A stretch of 64,000 nt of DNA from Octopus vulgaris. Its lineage: Eukaryota. This document shows positions 11,940 to 24,794 of the stretch, piece by piece (within the stretch, counting starts at the first letter, position 1; each line of letters starts with the position of its first letter). The notes below the pieces were generated by a model. It was given only the letters and a program-made list of their open reading frames with translations, was not told the origin of the DNA and did not search any database. Both the position numbers and the translations under genes were made by a program. The stretch lies in contig OX597817.1 of assembly GCA_951406725.2 (NCBI GenBank), positions 50,034,001 to 50,098,000 on the forward strand, given 5' to 3'.

Positions 11940-13462
11940 TTCGCTAAGACTGAGAAAGCAATTGAGAGTTTGACGGCAACTGTGCACATGATTAGCAATG
12001 ATATTGGCATGGAATTTGGGATCGAGAAATGTGGTGTAATGATTCTCAAAAGGGAGAAAATCAATAAAAGCCATGGGATCAATCTGGAAAGTGGCGAAAC
12101 TATAAAGGAAGTCAGAGAGGAAGGATATAAGTACCTGGTTATCACTGAAAGAGATAAAATGAATGAACACAAGATGAAAGAAATGTACAAGAAAGAGTAC
12201 TTGAGAAGAGCTCGGCTTGTGCTCCAATCGAAACTAAATGGCTGCTATAAGATTAGAGTAATTAACACCTGGACGGTTATTTGATGAGATATGGGGAAGG
12301 AATGATATCTTGGAAGAAGCATGAATTACAAGAAATAGACCGGAGAACACGTAAATTAATGACAATGAACAAGGAACTACACCCCTTGTGTGATGTGTCA
12401 AGATTGTATGTAAAGAGGAAAGAAGGAGGACGGGGATTGGTGTGTTGTGAAGGCTAAGGGAAGAGGAGAATAACCTGACTTGGTATGTCAAGGGGAGTAA
12501 AGAAGAAATGATTGAAGCAGTGAAAATGCAGGGAACCTTAAAAGTGAACGAAGCCGTAGATCCAACACATTTTAAGAAAGACCAGAGAGAGCAGATGAAA
12601 ATTTGGCAGGACAAGAGAATGCACAGTCAGTTCTTGAAGAGCAAAGATGAGATTGATTAGAATAGAACCTGGCAATGGCTGCAGAAAGGAGACTTAAATG
12701 GGCCCACTGAGACATTAGTTTTCCGCGCTCAAGAACAAGCTCTCAGAACAAACTACTCCAAATATCACATTGATAAAAGTACTGACTCGCCACAGTGTAG
12801 GATGTGCTCTGAGAAGGCAGAAAGTATAAGCCATATTATTAGTAAGTGCTGTAAGCTTGCACAACGTGAACGAGAAAGGAGACATGACAATGTGGCCAGA
12901 TATGTCTACTGACTGTTGTGCGATAAAATAAATCTCGAGAGAGCCGAACGATGGTATGAACAGAAACCAAAGGGAGTAATGGAAAATGAACATTACAAAA
13001 TACTCTGGGATTTTAACATGCAGTGCGACATAGAGGCGAAACAACCAGATATCGTGCTCATCCATAAAGATGAGAAAGAAGCAAAGATAATAGATGTTGC
13101 AATACCAGGAGTTTCGAAGGTGAAATTTAAGGAAATAGAAAAGAGTGAGAAATACCAGCCACTGTGGGACGTGATAGGAAAGTTACGGGGCGTGTGGAAA
13201 GTAATGATGATACCGGTGGTAATCGAAACATCAGGAGCGATTTCCAAAGGAATTGAAAAACATATTAAGAATATTGGAGCTGTTACCAGGCTCGAGGTGA
13301 TCCAGGTGACAGCATTGTTGGTTACAGCTCGTATCCTAAGGAGATTATTGTCTCTTTGAGTCACAGGAGAAGGCACTACTTGAAATCTCTGGTGATTTGT
13401 TATTGCATGCTTTCAAGTAAAGGATAACCGGTAATTAAGAACTATCCGAGAGACTTTCAGAA
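11940..13462 (+). mobile_element. R4/Dong-like non-LTR retrotransposon, 5'-truncated and degenerate
   Basis: RT C-terminus (DIGMEFGIEKC, YKYL), CCHC-type CRMC...SHIISKC, RHDNVA, and PD-(D/E)xK endonuclease region (ILWDF..PDIVL..IIDVAIP). Flanked by (TAA)n on both sides. Confidence 0.85.
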
Positions 13463-13481
13463 TAACAATAATAATAATAAT

Positions 13482-13696
13482 CCTTTCTACTGGAAGCACA
13501 AGGCCTCAAATTTGGGGGAAGGGATTAAGTCGATTGCATCGACCCCAGTGCGTAACTGGTACTTATTTAATCGACCTCGAAAGGATGAAAGGCAAAGTCG
13601 ACCCCGGCAGTATCTGAACTCAGAACGTATCGGCAGACGAAATACTGCTAAGAATTTTGCTCGGCGTACTAAAGATTCTGCCAGCTTGCCGCCTTC
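13482..13696 (-). mobile_element. SINE family B
   Basis: Family B core and head motifs. Confidence 0.8.
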
Positions 13697-13697
13697 A

Positions 13698-13772
<75 letters not shown>

Positions 13773-13793
13773 AACTACTACTACTACTACTAC

Positions 13794-13825
<32 letters not shown>
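13698..13825. repeat. (TAC)n followed by (TAA)n
   Basis: Directly visible. Confidence 0.95.
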
Positions 13826-13827
<2 letters not shown>

Positions 13828-13936
13828 CTTTCAATACAGAAAAATTAGGGCATCACAACACACCAATGCACATACCCAAAGCACACAGAACTGTGCTCGG
13901 CAGTACAGTGAAAGCACGTGACAAGAATAAGACGAT

Positions 13937-14012
<76 letters not shown>

Positions 14013-14031
14013 TGATGATGATGATGATGAT

Positions 14032-14425
14032 GAACAAGGTGCACCACATGTGCTCTATAGTTCATGTTGCGTGCCCATTTAGCCCACGAATAGTCAAGAA
14101 AGCAAGGCGGAAAAAAAGATATATACAATCATTATGGGTACGAAATAGCCCGCCTATGGAAAATGAAGAAGGTGAAGGTAGTGCCAATCGTTGTTGGCTC
14201 CATGGGGACAGTCTCAGACGGCATCAAGAGGAATATCAAGGAAATCGGAAGAGAGTGCACAGTAAGAACTGTTACAAAAGGTTTGCCTCTTTTGCACGGC
14301 CAGAATAATCAGGAAAGTATTAGATAGATGAAAAGAATAGATAGCATGGTACCGTATGCTGCAGGCATCAAGCCTGCTACGCATGCAAGACCCCAGGATT
14401 TGTAACAAAATCTGAGATTAAAAGA

Positions 14426-14426
<1 letters not shown>
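14032..14426 (+). mobile_element. R4/Dong-like LINE 3' fragment
   Basis: EIARLWKMKKVKVVPIVVG...LQKVCLFCTARIIRKVL; between (TAA)n/(GAT)n tracts. Confidence 0.75.
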
Positions 14427-14499
<73 letters not shown>

Positions 14500-14511
14500 A
14501 AATAATAATAA

Positions 14512-15045
14512 AACTGACAGAAATATAAATGCGTATAGGCCAGACATCATATTAAAAGACTTCAGACAAAAAACATGCCTCCTCATTGATATGACTGTCG
14601 CAATCGGTATAAACGTATCTGTCAAGACCTACTAAAAACTGAGCAAATATAAAGTTCTTGAAATAGAAATCAGCAATATGTGGAACCTGAAGACTAAAAC
14701 AATACCTGTTGTGATAGGTGCCCTAGGAATGATAGCAAAATGGGCTGACTGCTACCTAGCTCAGATACCAAGAAACCCCAAAATGGCAGAAATTCAAAAG
14801 ATAGAGCTCATGGGAACTGCTCATATCCTACGCAAAATACTTTCTATGTAAGCTCAAGTTTTAAAACAAACATAATTTTCGTATGGTTTTTTTAGACACT
14901 CACTAGTTCAACACTAAGTACAAAACCAAATATATGGCACACTAGGAATAATACCAACATGAACTTCCAACTTGTTGTCTCTTGATGTCTCTGGGTGAAA
15001 CTTGGAGCCAGTTTGTGCAAATGTAAAGCAAAAGTCAAACATATA
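14512..15045 (+). mobile_element. R4/Dong-like LINE 3' fragment
   Basis: RPDIILKD..CLLIDM..KYK.LEIEI..MWNLKT..IPVVIGALG..MGTAHILRKILSM plus 3' UTR. Confidence 0.8.
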
Positions 15046-15047
15046 AT

Positions 15048-15302
15048 AGAGTGGTTGTATACTGTCAACTTAACGTGACAGTAGGGGATTACACACCGCT
15101 GTTTAGCCCTAGGAAGCATCGACGCTTCCTGTCGACTTCGACACATTTCCTGTGTCCTTATAAATGTGTCGAAGCCGATACTAGGGCTAAACAGCGGTGG
15201 TGTGTAATCCCTACTGTCACGTTAAGTTGACAGTATACAACCACTCTATCGCTCCACCACCGTACATATCTCTATGAGATATTTAGAAATTTAATATTTC
15301 TA
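15048..15302. mobile_element. Fold-back truncated copy of the hammerhead repeat family (ribozyme segment missing)
   Basis: 15048-15161 matches ~7394-7513 in the same orientation; 15162-15302 is an inverted copy ending in gaaatttaatatttct. Confidence 0.8.
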
Positions 15303-15305
15303 AAC

Positions 15306-15493
<188 letters not shown>

Positions 15494-15579
15494 ACGCTTT
15501 CTGTTATAGGCACAAGACCTGAAATTTTGGTGGAAGAGTTAGTCGATTACATCGACCCCACTAATCAACTGACACTTAT

Positions 15580-16098
15580 TTTATGTGTTTGATAAAATTT
15601 TGAGTGAGTGTTGCACTTCGAGCCGGTCCCAGATGATCATGCTGTGAACGCTGACCTTTATGATCAACAACAGTAAGAAAATATATGGTGCTTTGAAAGC
15701 CTACAACACACGACATTAGTCGATCAAAAATGCTCACAACTACAGTACGACAATGCCTTCGCTTTCTCTGCCAAATGTAACCGAGTGCGAACTTGAGGAA
15801 TTTAAAGGGCTGGAAATGCTGTCTCACTCTGCTTCCAGTAAAGAGTTTGCACCATCCTATTACCTTTTCCGAACTGTGCTTCATTTTCTACACAAATTCA
15901 GTGAGGTCGAAAACGTTTGCAGGACGTTTTTACCTATCTAAACCAGGCAAATGGTATGAGCGTAGAATTGAGCTACTGGCAAAACGATGACGGCAGATAA
16001 TAGAATATGATGGAATAAATTATTTTGATAAATAAATACTTTGCGTGTGTAAATTGTTTGAATTTATTATTTAAAGCTTGAAATACGAAAAATCTTTT
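15580..16098 (+). mobile_element. Degenerate mariner transposase, 3' part
   Basis: LEMLSHSASSKEFAPSYYLFR resembles a decayed HPPYSPDLAPSDYHLFR; downstream end is similar to the 39345-39385 end in reverse. Confidence 0.65.
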
Positions 16099-16365
16099 AT
16101 ATATTTCCACTACCTAATCCTAAATTTAACGAGAGTTTATGTTTAACATTATTGGTGATATTCTCATCAATAGGATTACTATTGCGGATAGAAGTATCAT
16201 CCATTAAATTAATATTTGTCGTTACAGGTGTAGTGCTATTATAACCAACGTGATGGTTGCTCACGTTTGCACTAATAGATTTCTTGTCTCTACGTTTATA
16301 GAGAGGCAAATTACTACCACCCAGATTTATCTTTCTATCATTATAGAAGCAATCTAATTTCACAC

Positions 16366-16990
16366 GTGTATGTGTGTATGTGTGTGTGTATGTATGTGTA
16401 TATGGATGTGTGTATGTATGTGTGTGTGTATGTGTGTATGTATGTGTGTATGTGTGTATGTGTATGTGTGTATGTATGTATGTGTGTATGTATGTGTGTA
16501 TGTGTGTATGTATGTATGCATGTATGTATGTGTGTATGTGTGTATGCGTGTGTGTATGTATGTATGTGTGTATGTATGTGTGTATGTATGTGTGTGTATG
16601 TGTGTATGTGTACGTTTGTGTGTGTGTGTATGTATGTGTGTATGTATGTATGAATGTATGTATATATGTGTGTGTACGTATGTATGTGTGTGTGTGTGTG
16701 TGAATGTATGCGTGGGATTTCTTCTGGAGTTGTGTGGGCGTAATGTACATGCGCGTGCTTATGTGTGTGTGTGCGCTTACGTGCGTGTATGTGTGAGTGT
16801 GTCTCTGCTAGGTGTTTATAAGAGTGTACGTATCTGTATGAGTATTGTTTGTTGGTGTTTGTGCACGGGTATGTGTGTGTGCGCGTGGGGGTGTGTATAG
16901 GTATGGAAGTATGTGTGCGTACATGTGCATGTAGGTTGTATGTGTGTGGTGTGTTGGAAGTAGGTGTGTTGGAAGTAGGTGTGTTCGTGG
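16366..16990. repeat. Degenerate (TG)n/(TATG)n low-complexity tract
   Basis: Directly visible. Confidence 0.9.
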
Positions 16991-17062
16991 AGGTTGCATT
17001 TAAATGCAGTATATGAGGCCAGACGAAGTACACGTAAAAGAATGTCTGATACGTACAGTTCG

Positions 17063-17845
17063 CTAGTTGGAACCGGTGACAGCAGTGGTGTTAGTGATGA
17101 AGGGGCAAGTGTTGCACCGGGATCTGGAGCACGGGAAGGATCCGTGTGGGGCTGAGGGGGAAGAAGAGAGGGTGCTACGGACCAGGAGGTCGCGTAGATT
17201 CCGGGCTCGTTTGAAGGAGGACAGGGTGGGTTGGGGAAATGGGGCGGGTCGTGGGATCGAGCTGGAGGCGACGGAAGGCACGTAGTATCTTCCGACGAAG
17301 GGGTAGAGTAGAGGGGTGGAAAATGAGGGGAAAGGGGGTGCGGTTGGGGGTGGGTGAGAGGAAGGAGAAAGGGCGGTGGTGCGGTCGATGCGACGGGCAC
17401 GGCCAAGGGCGTTGAAGACCAGTGTAGGTGGGTATCCTCGATGCCTGAACAGGCGGGCCAGGTATTGAGACTGGGTCTCGAAATCCTGGTCGCGGCTGCA
17501 CAAGCGTCGGAGGCGGAGGAACTGAGAGTAGGAGATGGTCCGTTTGGTGTGGAAGGGGTGGGAGGAGGAGAAGTTGAGATAGAGGTGGGAATCCGTGGGT
17601 TTGAAGAAGGCGGAGATGGTGAGAGAGTGGGAGGGGTGGTCGATGCTGAGAGAGATATCAAGGAAGTTGACAGAGGTATTGGAGATGGTGGAAGTGAATT
17701 GTAGAGAGGGGTGGAAGTTAGAGAGGAAAGAGATGAAATGGCAGAGTTGGTCGCGGGAAAGGGAGGTGGCGCCTATGCAGTCGTCTATGTAGCGACCGTA
17801 TAGTTCTGGGGTCGGCCCGGATAATTGGGAGAATACTTGGAGAGG
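17063..17845 (-). mobile_element. Penelope-like retroelement fragment: RT C-terminus, thumb and zinc-binding linker
   Basis: Open frame with YGRYIDD, VNFLDISL, KPTDSHLYLNFSSSHP, YSQFLRLRRLCS, RGYP and CSRSRCNTC. Much more GC-rich than its flanks. Confidence 0.9.
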
Positions 17846-18069
17846 TGAACTCTTTTCAAGAAACAACAGCGTAGGGCTCAATTCGTTGAGCGATTAGATT
17901 AAATTATTAATTTGAAAGAGACAAGTTCCAAGGTCAATAATAATCCTCATCAAAGCCGACACATATCTAAACACAGAGGGCTTATATAAACCATTATAAG
18001 CACTATTATCTCATATTAGAATAGAGATGTAATCGTTACACCTTTGACACGTAATACCGAAACAATCTA

Positions 18070-18232
18070 AGAGATTGCTCGGGGCTCACATTAAGCAAGA
18101 ATTTGAAAATGTTTTTGGACCCTAAGAAGTGTACGTATAAAATTTGAATGAAATCGGTTGGGTAGTTCTCGAGTAGTAGTGGTGCACATATACAGATACA
18201 CAGACAGACACATATTCTCAGTTATATATATA
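18070..18232 (-). mobile_element. Non-autonomous Helitron-like 5' fragment
   Basis: Resembles the terminal segment of the Helitron at 47282-47677 (gtagtt...cagacagacaca...tatat). Confidence 0.4.
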
Positions 18233-18237
18233 TATAT

Positions 18238-18308
<71 letters not shown>

Positions 18309-18779
18309 TAGATAGATAGATAGATAGAAAGATAGATAGATAGATAGATATAAGTGGGGGTGAAGAAATCGAAAGAAGAAAAAGGGACAGGAAAACAGGA
18401 AAGTGCAAAAGAAAGAAAAATGCCGAAAGGGGATTAAAGAACGGCGATTGGGTACTAGAAAGGTTGGGAAAATGTGGTTGAGTGGTAATGTGAGTAGTGC
18501 ACCTGAAGAACAATGTGAGAGGAGGTAAATGAGTGAAGGCGATGAAATAGAAAAATCAGGTAGATAAATAGAAGATAAACAGACGATTGAACTTTGGAAC
18601 CTGTGATACTTAAGAGTAGAAAGAGATAATGAATAAGTAGATCAAATAATAAAATGACATGAGGTGACAGTTATAATGAATAGAAGAGGACTTCAACAGC
18701 GGGGGTGGTGATTTGGAAGAATGGTCTAAGGTGACGTAGGGGGAGAGATTAGTAGTAGTAAGTAAACAAATCTAGATTG

Positions 18780-20180
18780 TTTTCTACTCTAGGCACAAGG
18801 CCCGAAATTTTGGGGGAGGGGGTGGGGAGAGGATTAGATTTGACTCCAGTATGCAACAGGTACTTAAATTATCGACCCCGAAAGGATGAAAGATAAAGTC
18901 GACCACGGCGGAATTTGAACTCAGAACGTAGCGGCAGACGAAATACCTATTTCTTTACTACCCACAAGGGGCTAAACACAGAGAGGACAAACAAGGTCAG
19001 ACAAACGGATTAAGTGGATTATATTGATCCCAGTGCGTAACTGGTACTTATTTAATCGACCCCAAAAGGATGAAAGGCAAAGTCGACCTCGGAGGAATTT
19101 GAACTCAGGACGTAACGGCTGACGAAATACCGCTTAGCATTTCGCCCGGCGTGCTAACGATTCTGTCAGCTCGCCGCCTTGGAACAAATATTGTAAGCAT
19201 TACTTTCGATACTCTGAGTTTTCCAGTTGACCACCTTAAAGTTTCGCCAGTTCGTTAGAGTCGTATTTATCAATATGTTTAAGATATCTGTTATTATGCT
19301 GTTTATTTTCTATTTCATTTTTTAGGCGATAACAGCATTATTCAATCGATTCTTTAATTATTGGTTCCAAACATCGGCACAAGGCCAGCAATTCCGGGCG
19401 TTGGAGTTGGTCAGTCGATTACATCAACATCAGTGCGCAACTGGCTCGTATTTTATCGGCCGTGAAAGAATGAAAGGCAAAAATCGATCTCGGCCGTATT
19501 TGAACTCAGAACGTAATAACGGACAAAATACGACTTAGCATTTTGCCCGCCTTGCTAACAATTCAGCCAACGCACTGGGTTAATTGTTTCTTTAAATATC
19601 GATTTCGAATTTTGGCACAAATCCAACAATTTTGGTGGGAAGAGTAAGTCGATTACATCGACCCCAGTCCTTGCTTATTTTATCGACCCCGAGAGTGTGA
19701 AGGGCCAAGTCAACATCGGTGGCATTTGAACTCAAAACATGAGCAGAACGTAAGGACGGACGAAATGCCAGCTTACTGCGTTAATTGTTTCTTTAAATAT
19801 ATAGGCACAAGGCCTGAAATTTGGTGGGAGGGGAATAGTTGATAATATAGACCACAGTGTTTCACTGGTACTTATTTTACCTACCCCGAAAGGATGAAAG
19901 GCAAAGTCGACCTCGGCGGAATTTGAACTCAGAACATAAAGACGGTCGAAATACCTATTTCTTTACTACCCACAAGCACAGAGAAGACAAACAAGGACAG
20001 ATAAACGGATTAAGTCAGTTACAGTGACCCCAGTGCGTAACTGGTACTTACTTAATCGACCCCGAAAAGATGAAAGGCAAAGTCGACCTCGGCGGAATTT
20101 GAACTCAGAACGTAACGACAGACGAAATACCGCTAAGCATTTCACCCGGTGTGCATACGATTCAAACAGCTTGCTGCGTT
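18780..20180 (-). mobile_element. Cluster of about six SINE family B copies
   Basis: Repeated family B core at ~18870, 19055, 19455, 19682, 19885 and 20055. Confidence 0.85.
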
Positions 20181-20457
20181 AATTGTCTCTTTAAATAGTG
20201 TCATATACAGTAGTACCTGGGTTTACGAACGCCTTGATATTTTATTGCCCACTAGGGGCGAACACAGATGGGACAACACATTACATGCGGGGACAAAAAC
20301 AAGAAAAAAAATAAGGCAACGTATGAGAACATGAAATGAAAATGAAAATGAAAAAGATGCATCGAAGCCACTCGGCTTGTGGCAAGATGTTTGTTTCTCA
20401 GCTACTTTGCTGATTTCGTTTGTAATTATACGTGCTAAATATACACATGTTATATAC

Positions 20458-20636
20458 ACATCGCTTGACAACCGATACTGGTGTGTTTATGTCCCCGTAA
20501 CTTAGCGGTTCGGGAAAAGGGACCAATAGAATAAGTACTAGGCTTACAAAGAATAAGTCGTGGGGTGGATTTGCTCGACTAAAGGCGGTGCTCCAGCATG
20601 GCCACAGTCAAATTACTGAAACAAGTAAAAGAGTAA
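20458..20636 (+). mobile_element. SINE family A, 3' half
   Basis: catcgcttgacaaccgat...ggcggtgctccagcatggccacagtc. Confidence 0.8.
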
Positions 20637-20880
20637 ACTTGCTCAGGTATGTAGAGATGGCCTCCAGAATTTGTTGCCGAGTCGTGTAAATGGGTAAACA
20701 GCAACGTATCTGAGATTGGTGTTGTATGAAGCTTTTAGGTAGGGACAGGAAATTCGATCCATCATAGATATATAACCTGACGTGCATCATTAGGAATGTG
20801 TTTACAGCAAGCAGCCAATATTTACTTCGACATTATGATAGCAAGGCATGATACAAATACTTTAATAAAAAAAAAAAAAA

Positions 20881-21155
20881 TGAAATTATTGTTTACAGTG
20901 CTCAGGTGCACCACAACGTGTCAAAAGTGCGTATAAAGCATATGCAGTAATGTACAAATGTTTGGAAAGCGAACAGTGTATGAGTCAGATACATGCTTGC
21001 GTGTGTATGGAGGGGAGAAAATCAGGTGTAGTGTTGGCGAATCTCAGGAAGCATGGAAGTTTTGAAGGATGCAGTGCTCCGACAACTAACAACTGATGCC
21101 CGCAGTTTGTTCCACATTTCAGCAACTCTTAGCGTGAAAAAATGTTTCCGAAAAT
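20881..21155 (-). mobile_element. CR1-like LINE 3' end
   Basis: Minus strand FFTLRVAEMWNKLRASVVSCRSTASFKTSM resembles the CR1 ORF2 C-terminus, followed by a short 3' UTR. Confidence 0.7.
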
Positions 21156-21469
21156 GTTAAGCTGCTCACGAATCAATAATTTCTACTGAATTTCACATTT
21201 TGTAATTTGTATCACTGCTTTGTATTGATTCTGGTAGGGAAAGTTTATGGAGACTGTACTATAGCATCATTTATTAAGCTTTTAGTACGACCTTCGCAGA
21301 AACGGGCCTTGAGTTCATCTTAAAAGTACTTCACATCTTATCTAACCTCATTTTCTAAAAAGAAAAGCATGAACACAGCGTGTCATTTCTACTCCCCCTC
21401 TTAAAAATCACTAGACTTTGAACTTTGAAAAGATAATTATCTAGTATTTATGAACCTTTATCTAAACGC

Positions 21470-21851
21470 ATGAGTGGCTGTGTGGTAACAATCTTGCTTA
21501 CCAACCACAAGGTTCCGGGTTTAGTCCCACTGTGTGGCACCTTGGGCAAGTGTCTTCTACAATAGACTCGGGCTGACCAAAGCTTTGTGAGAGGATTTGG
21601 TAGACGGAAACTGAAAGAAGCCCGTCATATATATATGTATGTGTGTGTGTGTGCGTTGTTTGTGTCTGTCCCCCACCATCGCTTGACAACCGATGTTGGT
21701 GTGTTTACGTCCCCGTAACTTAGCGGTTCGGCAAAAAAGGCCGATAGAAAAAGTAGTGGGCTTATAAGTCCTGGGGTCGATTTATTCGACTAAAGGTGGT
21801 GCTCCAGCATGACTGCAGTCAAATGACTGAAACAAGTAAAAGAATAAAAGA
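21470..21851 (+). mobile_element. SINE family A, full length
   Basis: Head, internal (TA)(TG)n and tail all present. Confidence 0.88.
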
Positions 21852-22130
21852 TATTGTGATCCTAAGCGTCCTCAAATCTTAATCTTATAACAATTAGTTG
21901 TTATTACTGCTTTGTCTACCTGTTACTTGTTTCAGTTAGTAGACTGCGGCCATGCTGGGGCACTTTCCTTGAAAGGACTTATAGTAGAACGAATCGATAC
22001 CGGTACTTATTTTTTAAAGCCTTTGAACTTATTCTATCAGGTACCTCATTGTAAACGGTAGAAGCAGAAATTAAACATTAAATCGACAATTTTTATTTGT
22101 TGATTTAGTCTGGAGCAGAGATACAGTTCT

Positions 22131-22161
<31 letters not shown>

Positions 22162-22179
22162 TCTCTTCTTCCTTTTTTT

Positions 22180-22210
<31 letters not shown>

Positions 22211-22480
22211 TTATTATTATTATTAATATTATTACTATTATTATTATAGACATCTCAGCATCCAATATTGTGATGTTGTTGATCAAAGATATTGTGTCTA
22301 CCGGGGATTTGTACTGTTTGTCAAGTCACAACAAGGACCTCAGACGGAGTATTTTACGCAATATGCCGACTTTTGCAAGACAAACCTAGATTGTAGGGTA
22401 TTTCAGATGTTTTTCCTTACATAAAAAATGGCGGAACATACACATAAATCCTCGCGCGCGTACACACACACGCACACACT

Positions 22481-22742
22481 TAGCCATCCAAGAATTTGGA
22501 CCTGGAGATCTCAATTTCCAGCGACTTCGAGGGCCACCTCCCAGTGGTGTCGGGCGTCAACGAAGAGCCCTCGACTACGACAAGACGACCAACGTTTCTT
22601 TTTTTTCCAAGGTCATGGAAAAAAAAAACGTTGGTCGTCTTGTTGTAGTCGAGGGTTTTTCGTTGACGCCCGACACCACTGGGAGGTGGCCCTCGAAGTC
22701 GCGGGAAATTGAGATCTCCAGGTCCAAATTCTTGAACGGCTA
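22481..22742. repeat. 262-bp near-perfect palindrome (fold-back, MITE-like)
   Basis: Arms of ~128 bp, tagccatccaagaatttgg... / ...ccaaattcttgaacggcta, with a loop of only a few nt near 22609-22615. Confidence 0.9.
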
Positions 22743-23386
22743 CTGCTGCTACTACCGCTGCTGCCTCTATTACCATTTCTATTATGGAGTTCAGATTGAT
22801 ATTTATTAAACAACTTTTGTTTGATAGCTACAGAATTACAAAACAAGAATTATATAATGCGATGCATATATCACCTGATCAGAAATCATTTATTTGTCTA
22901 AAGAGGATTATCAGTAATACTTAAAGGTTACAAAATGTTAACATAGAAAGAATGTCAGAAAGAATCGCTTTTAGTCTTGCCTGATCCTTTATTAATATCA
23001 GTTATAATCTATGTTTATATTAATAGTTGAATACGTTTGCGTCAGTGTGCTCATATATGTTTAGTTTATTCATGATATATTTTTCATACAAGAATAAAGT
23101 TATATCCGATGAAAAAAGTTTAAATGTTTGTTGGAAAATCTATCGCCGTCATATAATGCCAGCTGTAGTTAGTATTACAATTGGCAACAACCGGCGAATA
23201 CTTAGTCTAGTGAATCAAAAATGTATTAACACTAACAGCTACGAAGCTTTAAACTGCATTTGCTGAATAATTTAGCGAATGTGAAACATGGTTGCACATG
23301 TCTCTTTTGTAAGTTTCCCTGGCACAGATGACCTCTTCCGGTGTTATATTCAGAGGCGAATTATACAGCTCTTCTGATTTAAATTC

Positions 23387-23989
23387 TTATTTCTTTACAA
23401 CCCACAAGGGGCTAAACATAGAGAGGACAAACAAGGACAGACAAATGGATTAAGTCAATTATATCGACCCCAGTGCGTAACTTGTCCTTAATTTATCGAC
23501 CCCGAAATGATGAAAGGCAAAGTCGACCTCGGCGGAATTTGAACTCAGAACGTAACGGCAGACGAAATACCTATTTCTTTACAACCCACAAGGGGCTAAA
23601 CATAGAGAGGACAAACAAGGACAGACAAATGGATTAAGTCGATTATATCGACCCCAGTGCGTAACTTGTCCTTAATTTATCGACCCCGAAATGATGAAAG
23701 GCAAAGTCGACATCGGCGGAATTTGAACTCAGAACGTGACGGCAGACGAAATACCTATTTCTTTACTACCCACAAGGGGCTAAACATAGAGAGGACAAAC
23801 AAGGACAGACAAATGGATTAAGTCGATTATATCGACCCCAGTGCGTAACTTGTCGTTAATTTAACGACCCCGAAATGATGAAAGGCAAAGTCGACATCGG
23901 CGGAATTTGAACTCAGAACGTAACGGCAGACGAAATACCGCCAGGTATTTCGCCCGGTGTGCTAACGTTTCTGCCAGCTCGCAGCCTTC
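23387..23989 (-). mobile_element. SINE family B, three head-to-tail units with 184-bp period
   Basis: atttctttac recurs at 23389, 23573 and 23757; only the last unit has the full head. Confidence 0.9.
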
Positions 23990-24161
23990 ATATTTAAATT
24001 TTGTCTCTCTCTTTCTCCCTTCTCTCTGTACCTCCCTACCTCTGTCTCTTCCTCTCTCTTTTTGTCTTTCTCAGTTTATATTAGCGATGAAAGAAACTCA
24101 CTAGTTTTCAATATATAGAGGGTGCGATGGGTAAATTGTCACCATTTTATATCTTTAGCAC

Positions 24162-24318
24162 TAGGAGTTGCTGCGTGGTAAGTAGCTTGCTTACCAACTA
24201 CATGGCTCCGGGTTCAGCCCCACTGCGTGGCACCTTGAGCAAGTGTTTTCTACTATAGCCTCGGGCCGACCAAAGCCTTCCGAGTGGATTTGGTAGACGG
24301 AAACTGAAAGAAACCCGT

Positions 24319-24395
<77 letters not shown>

Positions 24396-24590
24396 TTGTC
24401 CCCCACCATCGCTTCACAACCGATGCTGGTGTGTTCACGTACCCGTAACTTAGCGGTTCGGCAAAAGAGACTGATAGAATAAGCACTAGGCTTCCAAAGA
24501 ATAAGTCCTGGGGGTCGATTTGTTCGACTATAAAGGCGGTGCTTCAGCATGGCCGCAGTCAAATGACTGAAACAAGTAAAAGAAAAGTAA
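24162..24590 (+). mobile_element. SINE family A, full length
   Basis: Head, internal microsatellite and tail. Confidence 0.88.
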
Positions 24591-24794
24591 ACTCCAAAGC
24601 TATTGACTGTTTTTGTTGAATAATCTAGAAAATGTGGTACATGAATGTAAATGTCTTTTTGGTAAGATTCTCTAAGACAGTTGATTTTTTCCATTCCTTA
24701 AAAACATCATGTGTATCAGAGAAAATCCCTCAATCTCTCAGTTTATATATTAGAGATGAAAGAAACTCATTAGTTTACAGATATTGAATATATA

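Noticed and set aside
16816-17704. Pro/Ser-rich 281-aa ORF and antisense ORFs
   Set aside because: Alternative frames of the GC-rich Penelope RT fragment.
23387-23989. Regularly spaced repeats resembling a CRISPR array
   Set aside because: 184-bp SINE units with no unique spacers; eukaryotic context, no cas genes.
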